A DNA stretch of 64,000 bases from a virus (taxonomy: Duplodnaviria; Caudoviricetes), in IMG/VR virus record IMGVR_UViG_3300043443_000351, positions 107 to 64,106 of that record. One strand, given 5' to 3'. Numbering within the stretch: position 1 is the first letter of the stretch; each line of letters opens with the position of its first letter. Below the pieces are notes generated by a model, which saw nothing but the letters and a program-made list of their open reading frames with translations, searched no databases and had not been told where the DNA came from. Below, in pieces: positions 48,624 through 59,232 of this stretch. A program made the translations under genes and the position numbers.

Positions 48624-50096
48624 ATGTCAAAAAAGAAGTTAGGTATTGTTGTACCGATACGAGATAAAAACGAAGAACTATTCAAATTTGCTGCACACAT
48701 GCAGTGGTTCTTAGCTGATAAGCTAGATTATACAATCTATTTTATAGAGCAACAATCTCCCGATTTATTTAATTATGGTAGTTTATGTAACGTTGGTTAC
48801 GAACTTCTAAAAGATGAATGTGATTATTTTATATTTCACGATGTAAATTTAATCCCAATAACCGATAATTGCGATTATACGGGCGATTTTTTGAGCCCTA
48901 TCCATATGTCCTGTAACATTTCGGATATCAAAAATGGTAAACCATATCCACAATATATTGGTGGTGTGTTTAAAATAACCAAAGAAGATTTTGAAAAAGT
49001 AAATGGATTCAGTAACGATTACTGGGGTGGAGGATTTGAATATATGGATTTATTATGGAGAATGGATAAGTATGGCGTTTTACTTCCTACTATAAAGTTC
49101 TTTGATAAAGATATTTACAAATATCATAGATTAGTAGATGTTAGTGAAAACGAATATGAAATCACAAAAAAATTAACATCATTTGAATTTAAAGATGGTG
49201 ATTCTTTAATGATTAAATCGAATTCTATTACGGATAATTTATTTCAAGATTCATTTACAATTTCGTTTGATGCATATATCAATGGTAATTTATCACAAGA
49301 TGGAACTATTATAGCTAAAGAAGGATATGATGTTGGGTTGTTTGTAAAAAATAACGAAGCATTAGTATTTCAACATTGGTTAGAAGATGGTGAATTAATT
49401 CAAATATGGTGGAATCATTCTGATATTAAAAACAAATGGGCACATATAACTTTAAGATTTGATGCAGCTGAAGGTATTGCATCTTTATTTGTAAATGGTA
49501 ATTTGGTAGATGAAGTATTTTTTGATACATCCAAACCATTGATGGATTTTTCAAATAAAGATATTTGGATGGGTTCTCTTTTCTTTAAAAATAAATTAAA
49601 TGGTAAAATATCAAATTTATTATGCTTTGATTATGCATTAACTGATACTGAAATTGATTTGGTATTTAAAGAGAATTACGATAAAGGTCTTACTACATTT
49701 GAACCCATAATCGATATATCATTTAATAAAATGGTAGGTCAATTTTATATCGATACCGCTAGTTTAAAAAATCACGCTAGACAAATTTTAATATCAAATC
49801 AAACTAAAATAGTAGAAGAAGATTTCCAATACTCTTATAAATTTAATATGCCAGAATCTGGTTTAGGTAAATTTAAAATTTTGGAAAATTCAGAAAAATT
49901 CACTATATTAGAGAATTATAACTATAAAAAGCCAGACCCGAATTTTGTAGAAAATCAAAATATATTCTTTTACGAATCAGTTAAAGCAAATCATAAAGAT
50001 ATTCCTAAATTTGGATTAGCATCGGTAAGTTATAAATTAACAGGCGAAACCAAAATAGATAAAAACATAAAAAGAATTTCAGTTAAATTAAACTAA
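48624..50096 (+). CDS. GT7 (beta-1,4-galactosyltransferase-like) protein with inserted LamG-like domain; degenerate active site
   Basis: IVVPIR, FNYGSLCNVG, FHDVN, YIGG and NGFSNDYWGGGFEYMD motifs. ATG 48624 preferred over TTG 48618. Confidence 0.75.
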   Translation: MSKKKLGIVVPIRDKNEELFKFAAHMQWFLADKLDYTIYFIEQQSPDLFNYGSLCNVGYELLKDECDYFIFHDVNLIPITDNCDYTGDFLSPIHMSCNISDIKNGKPYPQYIGGVFKITKEDFEKVNGFSNDYWGGGFEYMDLLWRMDKYGVLLPTIKFFDKDIYKYHRLVDVSENEYEITKKLTSFEFKDGDSLMIKSNSITDNLFQDSFTISFDAYINGNLSQDGTIIAKEGYDVGLFVKNNEALVFQHWLEDGELIQIWWNHSDIKNKWAHITLRFDAAEGIASLFVNGNLVDEVFFDTSKPLMDFSNKDIWMGSLFFKNKLNGKISNLLCFDYALTDTEIDLVFKENYDKGLTTFEPIIDISFNKMVGQFYIDTASLKNHARQILISNQTKIVEEDFQYSYKFNMPESGLGKFKILENSEKFTILENYNYKKPDPNFVENQNIFFYESVKANHKDIPKFGLASVSYKLTGETKIDKNIKRISVKLN

Positions 50097-50101
50097 CAAA
50101 T

Positions 50102-50386
50102 ATGGCAGGTACAAAAAAAGTTGTTACACAACAAGTAGAATCAGCAGAAGCTGTTGAAAATCTAATTTTAGAACAAAGAAAAGTTAAAGCATTAGAAAAG
50201 ATTGCAAATTCTTTAGATGCATTGACTGTTTGGTTCGAAGAAATTGAAAAGCAAGATTGGAGTGATAGAATTCAATATTATTTATATGAGTTCCACAACA
50301 ATGTTACAAGAATGGCAGATGCAGCTGAAGGAAATTCACCATCATCAACTCCAGCTGGTAGACCTAAAAAAGATTCTGAAAGATAA
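50102..50386 (+). CDS. Hypothetical protein
   Basis: Intact ORF, TAATG-coupled to the next gene. Confidence 0.6.
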   Translation: MAGTKKVVTQQVESAEAVENLILEQRKVKALEKIANSLDALTVWFEEIEKQDWSDRIQYYLYEFHNNVTRMADAAEGNSPSSTPAGRPKKDSER

Positions 50387-51846
50387 TGAAATTAGGAATA
50401 ATTGTTCCATATAGAAATCGAGAAGCTCATCTAAAAATGTTTAGAGAGAGTGTTGATGCTGCTTTAAAAAAGCAAGGTATTCCATACGAGTTGATTATTG
50501 TAGAACAATTGGATGAAAAGCCGTTTAATAGAGGTAAACTTTTAAATATTGGATTTGAAAGAGCTAAAAAGCTAGATTGTAAATATGTAGCGTTTCACGA
50601 TGTAGATATGATACCACTTAAAGTAGATTATTCATATTCAGAAACACCAATACATTTAGCAACAGGTTTTGAGGATAATCCAAATATAAAACGTATTGTA
50701 TTTGATGAATATTTTGGAGGAATAACAATGTTTCCTGTTCCAATTTTTGAACAAATCAATGGATACTCAAATGAATATTGGGGATGGGGATTTGAAGATG
50801 ATGACCTTCTTTATAGATGTAAGGAAGCAGGATTAACTTTAGATAAAAAAACCATAAAATCAGATAATAAGGTAAAAGGTTTATATTTTAATGGTAAAAA
50901 TTCTTACGTTGAAATTGACAAATTGCATGATATTTTTGATTTTAAAAACTCGAGAACCATACTTGCTAAATTTAAATCCGATGATATAGTTTGTAATCCA
51001 AATAAAGAATGGGATGATTATACTATATTTTCTATTCCAGGCTATGATACAAATATTAGTTTTAATTCATTTAAAAGATATAAAGTAGAAACTTGGGATA
51101 CCGATAACAATGTATATTCTATAAATTCACAAATAGCATCAAATACATATGTTAATATTATTTTCAATTTAGATTTTTTAAATGGAAAAATATCAATGTA
51201 TAAAGATGGTGATTTCATTGGAGAAACTACAATATCACGCACATATAATAGAGATGGAAAGGAAGTTAAACAATTTTGTAAAATTAAAGATTACAAAGAT
51301 GAAGCATCTTTCTTTTTAGGATGTGGTGACCCGTATAGAAATGAAGATGGTAATTGGTTTAAAGGTATAATCAAAGAATTTGCAGTATATGATGGATTAC
51401 TTTCTCAATCGGAAATTAAAGCAATATCTGAAAACAAAATGTATCCCCTTACTGAAAATTTTAAACAATATAAATCTTCAGAAAAATTATTATGTTATTA
51501 CGATACTTCTATAACAAGAAATAGAAATTTAATTGATTTGAGTGGTAATGGTAACGATGCATTAACACACCAAACGCATTTAGTGGAAATGGATATTTCA
51601 GATGAATTGGATGTGTATGTACCGAAAAGAAGAAAATCATTAATAAAACTTTTAACACATAGAGAAAACGGATATGATGGTGGAAAATGGAAAAATAGAA
51701 CTACACGTCAAAATCAAATAAGATTCTTTAATAATATTTCCAGAAATTTAACAAACATAGAATCGGATGGATTATCGACTTGCAAATATAAATTATTAAA
51801 TGAAGCAACCGTAAAAAACTATCATTTTTTATCTGTGTTATTATAA
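50386..51846 (+). CDS. GT7 glycosyltransferase with inserted LamG-like domain
   Basis: VPYRNR, FNRGKLLNIG, FHDVD, YFGG, WGWGFEDDD and C-terminal DGLS..KYKLL. Confidence 0.85.
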   Translation: MKLGIIVPYRNREAHLKMFRESVDAALKKQGIPYELIIVEQLDEKPFNRGKLLNIGFERAKKLDCKYVAFHDVDMIPLKVDYSYSETPIHLATGFEDNPNIKRIVFDEYFGGITMFPVPIFEQINGYSNEYWGWGFEDDDLLYRCKEAGLTLDKKTIKSDNKVKGLYFNGKNSYVEIDKLHDIFDFKNSRTILAKFKSDDIVCNPNKEWDDYTIFSIPGYDTNISFNSFKRYKVETWDTDNNVYSINSQIASNTYVNIIFNLDFLNGKISMYKDGDFIGETTISRTYNRDGKEVKQFCKIKDYKDEASFFLGCGDPYRNEDGNWFKGIIKEFAVYDGLLSQSEIKAISENKMYPLTENFKQYKSSEKLLCYYDTSITRNRNLIDLSGNGNDALTHQTHLVEMDISDELDVYVPKRRKSLIKLLTHRENGYDGGKWKNRTTRQNQIRFFNNISRNLTNIESDGLSTCKYKLLNEATVKNYHFLSVLL

Positions 51847-51847
51847 T

Positions 51848-53314
51848 ATGAAATTAGGAGTTTGCGTACCATATAGAAATAGAGAAGAGCATTTAAAAAG
51901 ATTCGTTCCTCATATTCATAAATTTTTGAATGATAGAGGAATTGAGCATGCTATATATTTGGGACATCAAAATGATGATGAATTATTCAATAGAGGATTG
52001 ATGAAAAATGTTGCAGCAATAGCAGCATTTGAAGATGGTTGTGATTATATAGTTTGGCATGATATTGATATGGTGCCAGAAGATGAAAGCTGTGATTATT
52101 CATTTCCAACCGATAATCCACAACATATAGCTGTTCGTATTTCACAATCCGATTATATGTTAAAGTATGAAGAATACTTTGGAGGAGCAGTTTTATTTTC
52201 AAAAGAACAAGCTGAAAAAACTAATGGTTACTCAAATGATTATTGGGATTGGGGAATGGAAGATGATGATTTGTTTTGGAGATGTGTGTTAGAAGGAATG
52301 GTTGATAAGAAGGTGCATCAAACAATAGAAAATCAATCATTTGGTAAATTTAATGGTGTTAATTCTTTATTAGAAATATTACCATCCAACAATTTAAGAA
52401 ATGCAATTTCCGATTCACATACAATATCAGTATTAGTTAAAGCTGACCAGCAAATAGAAAAAGTTCCTATTTGGTTAATCGGTGATACGCAAAGACAATT
52501 TGTAGAGTACCCAATTTTCAGAAAGCCGGGATACGATTATGGATTATCATTCAATAATAGTAGAGCATACACAGCTATGTTATGGGATTCACGAAAGAAT
52601 CACATTTATCAATGGATGAAACGATATGAAAATCAATGGAGTTGGGTAACGATGGTGTTGGATGCAAAAAATAAAAAGATGCATCTTTATATGAATGGAA
52701 ACGAAAGCGATGCTAGAAGTGGTACGGGTACCAATTCTCCATTGTATTTTGATTTTCCATTGAAACGTTATGGTGTAGAACCATTTTTTGTAGGACATAC
52801 ATCTTCGCCTGGAACACAAACGCATGCTAAATGGTTCAAAGGTGATATAGCTAAAATAAAAGTTTGGAATAAAGCATTTAATAATGATGAAGTTAAAAGT
52901 AGTATTTTTGAAAATGCTTTTGAAAAAACGGCAATATTAAACTTATCATTTAATGGTATGGCTAAAGATGATTCATATTTAAAACATAGATTAGTAAATC
53001 AGAATGTAGATATTGAATCTAACAATATAGAAATACCATCAACAATATTACCTTATAGAAGAGATGGTAAATTTGAATGTTTGCCACATCAAACCGAAGG
53101 TATTATAGAAGTGGGTGGTATTCAGAAATGGGCAAAAGGAGAAACTACTGCTGCAAACGAAAGAAGATATGTTCTTAATATGCAGCAAGGTGGTATCAAT
53201 TATAAAACGGATGGATTATCAAATGCAAAAGAACGATATGAATTTATCGGTAAAGAGCAAATAATGGATATTCCAAACGCATTTATGGTAAATGTAAAAA
53301 CCATAAGAAAATGA
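51848..53314 (+). CDS. GT7 glycosyltransferase with inserted LamG-like domain
   Basis: VPYRNR, FNRG, WHDID, YFGG, WDWGMEDDD and DGLS motifs. Confidence 0.85.
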   Translation: MKLGVCVPYRNREEHLKRFVPHIHKFLNDRGIEHAIYLGHQNDDELFNRGLMKNVAAIAAFEDGCDYIVWHDIDMVPEDESCDYSFPTDNPQHIAVRISQSDYMLKYEEYFGGAVLFSKEQAEKTNGYSNDYWDWGMEDDDLFWRCVLEGMVDKKVHQTIENQSFGKFNGVNSLLEILPSNNLRNAISDSHTISVLVKADQQIEKVPIWLIGDTQRQFVEYPIFRKPGYDYGLSFNNSRAYTAMLWDSRKNHIYQWMKRYENQWSWVTMVLDAKNKKMHLYMNGNESDARSGTGTNSPLYFDFPLKRYGVEPFFVGHTSSPGTQTHAKWFKGDIAKIKVWNKAFNNDEVKSSIFENAFEKTAILNLSFNGMAKDDSYLKHRLVNQNVDIESNNIEIPSTILPYRRDGKFECLPHQTEGIIEVGGIQKWAKGETTAANERRYVLNMQQGGINYKTDGLSNAKERYEFIGKEQIMDIPNAFMVNVKTIRK

Positions 53315-53553
53315 GTGATATAGTAATGCCAAGATTAACCGATACAATGGAAACGGGTGTATTGGTAAGTTGGTTTGTTAAAGTTGGAGATAAAGTAAAA
53401 TCCGGCGATATAATAGCAGAAATTGAAACCGATAAAGCCATAATGGATTTAGAAGTTTGGGAAAGTGGATATATCACATATATTGGAGTAGAAGAAGGAC
53501 AACGAATACCGATTAATAATATAATAGCTAAAATAGAAAATAATGTCAGATAA
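53311..53553 (+). CDS. Stand-alone lipoyl-carrier domain (2-oxoacid dehydrogenase E2-type)
   Basis: MPRLTDTMETG..W..KVGDKVKSGDIIAEIETDKA, with the lipoylated Lys in DKA. Confidence 0.9.
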   Translation: MSDIVMPRLTDTMETGVLVSWFVKVGDKVKSGDIIAEIETDKAIMDLEVWESGYITYIGVEEGQRIPINNIIAKIENNVR

Positions 53554-54967
53554 ATTTAAAGTAGATTTAGAACAACAAAATCCTTTGTATGTTAATACGA
53601 AGAAAACATTAGATGCAGTTGGACCGGGCATGTGTTTAGCAAAATGGACACAAGTAACTCTATCTTTACAGGTGGGACACAATCACTCCTGTCACCACCC
53701 TCGAACTCACGCAATTTCTCCGCAAGAGATTGCACGAAACCCATCTGCACTTCATAATACGAGATATAAAAAACTTCGTAGAAAAGAAATGTTAAGTGGA
53801 GCACGACCTACTGAATGTGATTATTGTTGGGGAGTTGAAGATAATTCTAGCATATTTTCTGATAGAATTTTTAAATCATCCGAAAGTTGGTCTTTACCAT
53901 TTATGGAGCAAATTAAAAGTTCTGATTGGAGAGATGATTTTAATCCTAAATATGTTGAGGTTGCATTTAGTAATGCTTGTAACTTCAAATGTTCATATTG
54001 CGGGCCTGCATATAGTTCTCAATGGGTAGAAGAAATCGAACAATATGGTGCATATCCAACAACGGATAGATTTAATGATACTCAATATTTGATTGAAGAG
54101 CATAAAATGCCAATTCCTCAAAAGGATTATAATCCATATACCGAAGCATTTTGGAAGTGGTGGCCAGATTTATATAAAGATTTACATACGTTCAGAATTA
54201 CGGGTGGTGAACCATTATTAGCAAAAGATACTTGGAAAGTATTGGATTATATTATTGAACAACCAAATCCAAACAAACAATTAAAATTGGCATTTAATTC
54301 AAACTTAGGTGCACCGGATGTATTGATTGATAAATTCATTGAAAAAATAAAAAGAATTGAAGATGAAGAAAGAGCAAGTGAAATTGTAATCTTCACATCG
54401 GTAGATACTTGGGGAGAGCAAGCTGATTATATTAGAACGGGTATGGAATTCAATAGATTTTGGGATAACGTTAATAAAATTTTAACAAAATGCCCGAGAG
54501 TTATTATTACATTCATGTCTACATATAACGCATTAAGTTTATTTAATTACAATAAATTAATTAAAGAAGTTTACAACTTAAAAGATTTATATGGTAGCTA
54601 CGATAGATATTGGAACTCTGCGGTATTTTTAGATTCATCGTATTTGAGATACCCATTGCATCAGACTGTACAAGTATTACCTTATGATTTTTCTAAAAAA
54701 ATATTGGAGCAAACTAAGTTAATTACATACTACGCAATTCCTGTATTTGAACCAAAGTATATTGGGTTTTCTGATATTGAAGTTCAAAAATTAAAAAGAA
54801 TTTACGATTGGATGATATCACCGCAAGATGCCGGTAAGCAACTTAGAAACCGTTATAACTTCCACAAATATTTTACGGAGCACGATAAGAGAAGAGGAAC
54901 TAATTTCGTAAAAACATTTCCTGAATTGGAAGAATTTTATAATTTTTGTGGAACTATTCAAATTTAA
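53543..54967 (+). CDS. Radical SAM protein with N-terminal Cys-rich (twitch/SPASM-like) region
   Basis: CNFKCSYC (CxxxCxxC), GGEP, CLAKW...SCHH and CDYCW motifs. Confidence 0.88.
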   Translation: MSDKFKVDLEQQNPLYVNTKKTLDAVGPGMCLAKWTQVTLSLQVGHNHSCHHPRTHAISPQEIARNPSALHNTRYKKLRRKEMLSGARPTECDYCWGVEDNSSIFSDRIFKSSESWSLPFMEQIKSSDWRDDFNPKYVEVAFSNACNFKCSYCGPAYSSQWVEEIEQYGAYPTTDRFNDTQYLIEEHKMPIPQKDYNPYTEAFWKWWPDLYKDLHTFRITGGEPLLAKDTWKVLDYIIEQPNPNKQLKLAFNSNLGAPDVLIDKFIEKIKRIEDEERASEIVIFTSVDTWGEQADYIRTGMEFNRFWDNVNKILTKCPRVIITFMSTYNALSLFNYNKLIKEVYNLKDLYGSYDRYWNSAVFLDSSYLRYPLHQTVQVLPYDFSKKILEQTKLITYYAIPVFEPKYIGFSDIEVQKLKRIYDWMISPQDAGKQLRNRYNFHKYFTEHDKRRGTNFVKTFPELEEFYNFCGTIQI

Positions 54968-54972
54968 AAAAT

Positions 54973-55740
54973 ATGAGTTTATTAATAAAAAAAGAAGAAC
55001 CTTGGGTTATATTGCCTGAAAGTAGATATGATATTACTGATAGAAAAATCGATACATTTATGGATGATGATTTTTCAGTATATCTTAGAGTAAAAATATT
55101 TCCAGAAACGATGGGATATAACGAAGAAGGCTTTGCATTTGCTAGAAGTGGTAAACATTCCGGATTATCTTTTTATAAAGTAAAAGGAAACGATGGAATC
55201 GATATTGTTACATTGATGTGGACTTATTGGTTTACGGATGATAGTTTTGTTCAATTTCATTATACATTAGCTGAATCGGAAATTAATGATTTTATAGAAG
55301 TTGTTGTATTAAACGATGATACTAATTCCAAAACATTTACATTGTATGTAAATTCTAAATTGGTAGATACTAAAGAGTATGTTGAGAAAGATAAACAATC
55401 ATATAAATTTGGTGAAATGGGTGGTGGAGGATTTTACCAATTTGGAAATGGTAATTTTCAAGTACCAGATATAGCAATGCATTTGGAATGTGAATTTGAT
55501 ATGTGCTTTTTAATTAGAGGATTACGTTCTTTGAATGAAATGCAAAATATATCAACTACATATGAAGAAAATTTGGTTGAATTTTTAGAAGAACTTAGAG
55601 TATTTAAAGATGAAACGCCTTATAAAAAAGATTTAGCATTCTTTTTAGATTTTAAACAACAAAATCGATATAAAGTATGGGAATTGACCCATAACGGAAA
55701 TTATTTATCAAAAGCAACTTTAGAAAACATTTACTTTTAA
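54973..55740 (+). CDS. Hypothetical protein, possibly LamG/concanavalin-like
   Basis: FSVYLRVK, TLYVNSKLV and FLDF pattern resembles the inserts in the GT7 genes. ATG 54973 avoids overlap with the radical SAM gene. Confidence 0.45.
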   Translation: MSLLIKKEEPWVILPESRYDITDRKIDTFMDDDFSVYLRVKIFPETMGYNEEGFAFARSGKHSGLSFYKVKGNDGIDIVTLMWTYWFTDDSFVQFHYTLAESEINDFIEVVVLNDDTNSKTFTLYVNSKLVDTKEYVEKDKQSYKFGEMGGGGFYQFGNGNFQVPDIAMHLECEFDMCFLIRGLRSLNEMQNISTTYEENLVEFLEELRVFKDETPYKKDLAFFLDFKQQNRYKVWELTHNGNYLSKATLENIYF

Positions 55741-56705
55741 TGAAAATATTAATCACAGGTGGAGCAGGCTATTTAGGTTCGGTTATTGTAGACAAAATGT
55801 TAAAAGCAGGATATGAAGTTGTAGTATTGGATAAATTATTATTCAATCAAACTTCTCTACTACAATATACATCTAATTCAAAATTTAAATTTATTTATGG
55901 AGATGTTCGTAACGAAGAATTATTAAAAAAACTTTGTAACGAAGTAGATGTAATTATACCATTAGCAGCAATTGTAGGATTTCCCGCTTGTGCGGCTGAC
56001 CCTCAATTAGCAAACGAAGTGAATTTTAAACAAATTTTCAATATTGTTAAATTTGCAAAAGATAAAAAGATTTTATATCCAAATACAAATAGTGGATATG
56101 GAATTGGTGTTGGACAAACCGAATGTACCGAAGAATCGCCATTAAATCCAATATCAGTTTATGGTAATACTAAATGTGCAGCAGAAAACTTTCTAAGAGC
56201 AAATACTTCCGCAATAACATTTAGATTGGCAACTGTATTTGGTGTATCACCCCGTATGAGAACGGATTTATTGGTAAACGATTTTACTTATAAAGCAATT
56301 ACTGATAAATACATTGTTGTATTTGAAAAGAATTTTAAAAGAAACTTTATTCACGTTGAAGATGTAGCATCTGCGTTTCTTTTTATGTTAGAAAACTATG
56401 AAACGTATAGAGGTGAAATATTCAACGTTGGTTTAAGTTCTGCAAATCTTTCAAAGCAAGAATTATTAGAAAAAATACAATCTCATGTAAAGGATTTTGC
56501 GGTATCATATAACGATTTTTATGAGGACCCCGATAAAAGAGATTACATTGTATCAAACGCTAAAATAGAAGCGACTGGGTGGATGCCCGAATGGGATTTG
56601 GATAGAGGTATCCAACAATTAATTCAGGGTTATCAAATGATAGTTCCAAAAATGGGAGCAGAATTTAGAAACGGATTTCCTTTGGGTTACGCAAATCAAA
56701 CATAG
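55740..56705 (+). CDS. NAD-dependent NDP-sugar epimerase/dehydratase (extended SDR)
   Basis: TGGAGYLG, LAAIVG and YGNTK (YxxxK). Confidence 0.9.
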   Translation: MKILITGGAGYLGSVIVDKMLKAGYEVVVLDKLLFNQTSLLQYTSNSKFKFIYGDVRNEELLKKLCNEVDVIIPLAAIVGFPACAADPQLANEVNFKQIFNIVKFAKDKKILYPNTNSGYGIGVGQTECTEESPLNPISVYGNTKCAAENFLRANTSAITFRLATVFGVSPRMRTDLLVNDFTYKAITDKYIVVFEKNFKRNFIHVEDVASAFLFMLENYETYRGEIFNVGLSSANLSKQELLEKIQSHVKDFAVSYNDFYEDPDKRDYIVSNAKIEATGWMPEWDLDRGIQQLIQGYQMIVPKMGAEFRNGFPLGYANQT

Positions 56706-56706
56706 T

Positions 56707-57243
56707 ATGAGTAATAAATGGGATGAGTTTAAAGTTACTCCATCAAAAACTTTTGGTATAGAAGTTCCTGAATTTCAACCATCCGTATTTAGAGAATATA
56801 GAGGTGAAATATTTACAACCTTTCATTCGAAAGAACATCCCGTAATGAATTATGTGAGCGATGGATGTGAAATACATGGTAGATTTTCTCGTTCATACAA
56901 AGGTGTGTTGAGAGGATTACATTGGGATAATAAGACTTGGAAATTGGTTCAAGCGGCAGTTGGTGATATTTATTTAATTGTTTTGGATATGAGAAAAGAT
57001 TCACCAACATATGGTGATTGGGAATCATACATTATTTCCGAAAGATTAAGAAATCAAGTATTAGTTCCGCCAGGATTTGCAAACGGACATTACGCATTAA
57101 CCGATTGTATGTTCCATTATAATTTATTTTATAAAGATGGTTATGTAGATGCAGAAGAGCAAGGTGTGGTTAAATGGAATGACCCGGAATACCAAATGGA
57201 ATGGCCTACAAATAATCCAATATTACAAAAAAGAGATAGATAA
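56707..57243 (+). CDS. RmlC-like NDP-4-keto-6-deoxysugar 3,5-epimerase
   Basis: VLRGLH, KLV, DMRKDSPTYG and VPPGFANG motifs. Confidence 0.9.
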   Translation: MSNKWDEFKVTPSKTFGIEVPEFQPSVFREYRGEIFTTFHSKEHPVMNYVSDGCEIHGRFSRSYKGVLRGLHWDNKTWKLVQAAVGDIYLIVLDMRKDSPTYGDWESYIISERLRNQVLVPPGFANGHYALTDCMFHYNLFYKDGYVDAEEQGVVKWNDPEYQMEWPTNNPILQKRDR

Positions 57244-57872
57244 TGATACAAAATTTAGAAAAATACGAAATAGTTAGAACTATTGAGCAAACAAACGCAA
57301 CATTAATTGATTTTGAAAATCTAATAGTAAAACATTGGGAAGAAGGAAAAATTAGAGGACCTATACATCTTTCAAATGGAAATGAAGAGCAATTAATAGA
57401 AATATTTAGTAGAATAAAAACATCAGATTGGGTTTTTTCAACTTGGCGTTCTCACTACCATGCTTTATTAAAGGGAGTTTGTCCCGTTTGGATTGAAGAA
57501 GAAATTCTTAAAGGCAAATCTATTACTCTTTGTAATATAGATGAAAAGTTTTATTCATCCGCAATTGTAGGTGGGACTTTATCCATCGCATTGGGTGTAG
57601 CAATGGGAATAAAAGAAAAAGGAAGTGATGAAAAGGTTTGGTGTTTTGTAGGAGATATGTCTTTTGAAAGTGGTATATTTTATGAGGTTCACAAATATGC
57701 AAGAAACTTTGATTTACCACTTTACTTTGTAGTTGAAGATAATGATGTTTCAACTTACACTCCTACCGAAGCAACTTGGAATAAAAAACGAGAAATACCT
57801 TCCGATGTAATATATTACAAATACAAATCAAAATTTCCACATTACGGAACGGGTAAGTGGATAGCATTTTAA
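57243..57872 (+). CDS. TPP-dependent E1 alpha-like subunit (PDH/transketolase N-terminal type)
   Basis: HLSNGNEE, STWRSH, SAIVGG and GDMSFESG...VVEDN TPP-binding motif. Confidence 0.88.
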   Translation: MIQNLEKYEIVRTIEQTNATLIDFENLIVKHWEEGKIRGPIHLSNGNEEQLIEIFSRIKTSDWVFSTWRSHYHALLKGVCPVWIEEEILKGKSITLCNIDEKFYSSAIVGGTLSIALGVAMGIKEKGSDEKVWCFVGDMSFESGIFYEVHKYARNFDLPLYFVVEDNDVSTYTPTEATWNKKREIPSDVIYYKYKSKFPHYGTGKWIAF

Positions 57873-57873
57873 T

Positions 57874-59232
57874 ATGTTAAAATTCATATACGATAGATAC
57901 GATTTTAAAAGAAGAAAACCATATCCAAATTTATTTGATAAGGCAATAGTTTCGTATTATAACCAACATTCAGATGAATACAACTATGATACAAATAATC
58001 AAAAATTTGTATTAGCAACGTGTCATTCGGAATTATATGGAAATGTAATAGCTAAAACACAAAATTATATAATAGCACAAGATGGTGTTCCAAACAACGA
58101 TGAAAAGTATTTTTATCCAATAGAAATTTTTGGAAATCATAGAAGATTGTTGGATGATAATAATTATGTAAACTCAAATAGTGTAAAATATTCAACATCT
58201 TTTCGAACAGGCGTATCTCAAAAGATAATAGATTTAGCTAAAAAAGATAGAATCAAATTCATTATCAATTACTCTCACGAACCATTTTCTGATAATTGGT
58301 TTATGGCTGAGTTTGAAAAAATGATTATTGATATGGGATTGAATATGGATATGTTCTATTTTTTTGTTGGAACATCCAATCTATATGATTTATTATCCGA
58401 TTTAAAAAAATATAATTTTTATTTTGAAGATTCTATTATAACAAGCACTGCTGTTAAAATAAAAAATTTAAAATCTCAACCAAATTTCACATTAGGATAT
58501 AAAACCGAATGGATTGATGAATCTGAAATCGATAATTTAAGAAGTAAATATTTCGTTTGTTTAAATAGAAATTCACAAAAACCATTTAGATATACATTTG
58601 GGTGTTTCTTAGAAGCAAAAAATATGTGGGATAAAGTTTATGCTAGTTTTTTAAAAAAATCAGATAATAGAGCAATTTATTTAACAGGGGTAGAAGATTT
58701 TGATTTATCTATAAAAAATGCGGAAGAATCTTTTATGAATAAAATTCCAATAGAAGTAGATACGCAGGATTCGGAAGATAAAGAATCTTTTGAAGTAGCA
58801 AGAGCATTCAAAAAAGAAATATATTTAGATTCTTACATATACATTGTAACTGAAACTAATTTTGAGAACGATATTTTTCTAACAGAAAAAATATGTAATC
58901 CGATGGCTGTATTACAACCATTTATTATTTTTGGAGCATATGGATATTTAAAATATTTACAATCATTAGGATTCAAAACATTTGATGGATTTATAGATGA
59001 AAGTTATGATACGATTAAAAATAACGAAGAGCGTTATTTAAAAGTTTGTAATGAAATAGAAAGAATTTCAAATTTACCAATTGAAGATTTGCATAATTGG
59101 TATAATTTTATAAAAAATATTTTAATTCATAATAGAACTCATTTATTAGGATTTGCAGATAAAACAATGTTTAAAGATAATTTAGAAAAAATAGAAAGAA
59201 AATGGATAAAGCCTACAATAAAATTCTTATAA
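57874..59232 (+). CDS. Putative glycosyltransferase with GT10-like motif
   Basis: YIYIVTET...FLTEKICNP...QPFIIFG...LGFKTF; same family as 1272. Confidence 0.5.
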   Translation: MLKFIYDRYDFKRRKPYPNLFDKAIVSYYNQHSDEYNYDTNNQKFVLATCHSELYGNVIAKTQNYIIAQDGVPNNDEKYFYPIEIFGNHRRLLDDNNYVNSNSVKYSTSFRTGVSQKIIDLAKKDRIKFIINYSHEPFSDNWFMAEFEKMIIDMGLNMDMFYFFVGTSNLYDLLSDLKKYNFYFEDSIITSTAVKIKNLKSQPNFTLGYKTEWIDESEIDNLRSKYFVCLNRNSQKPFRYTFGCFLEAKNMWDKVYASFLKKSDNRAIYLTGVEDFDLSIKNAEESFMNKIPIEVDTQDSEDKESFEVARAFKKEIYLDSYIYIVTETNFENDIFLTEKICNPMAVLQPFIIFGAYGYLKYLQSLGFKTFDGFIDESYDTIKNNEERYLKVCNEIERISNLPIEDLHNWYNFIKNILIHNRTHLLGFADKTMFKDNLEKIERKWIKPTIKFL

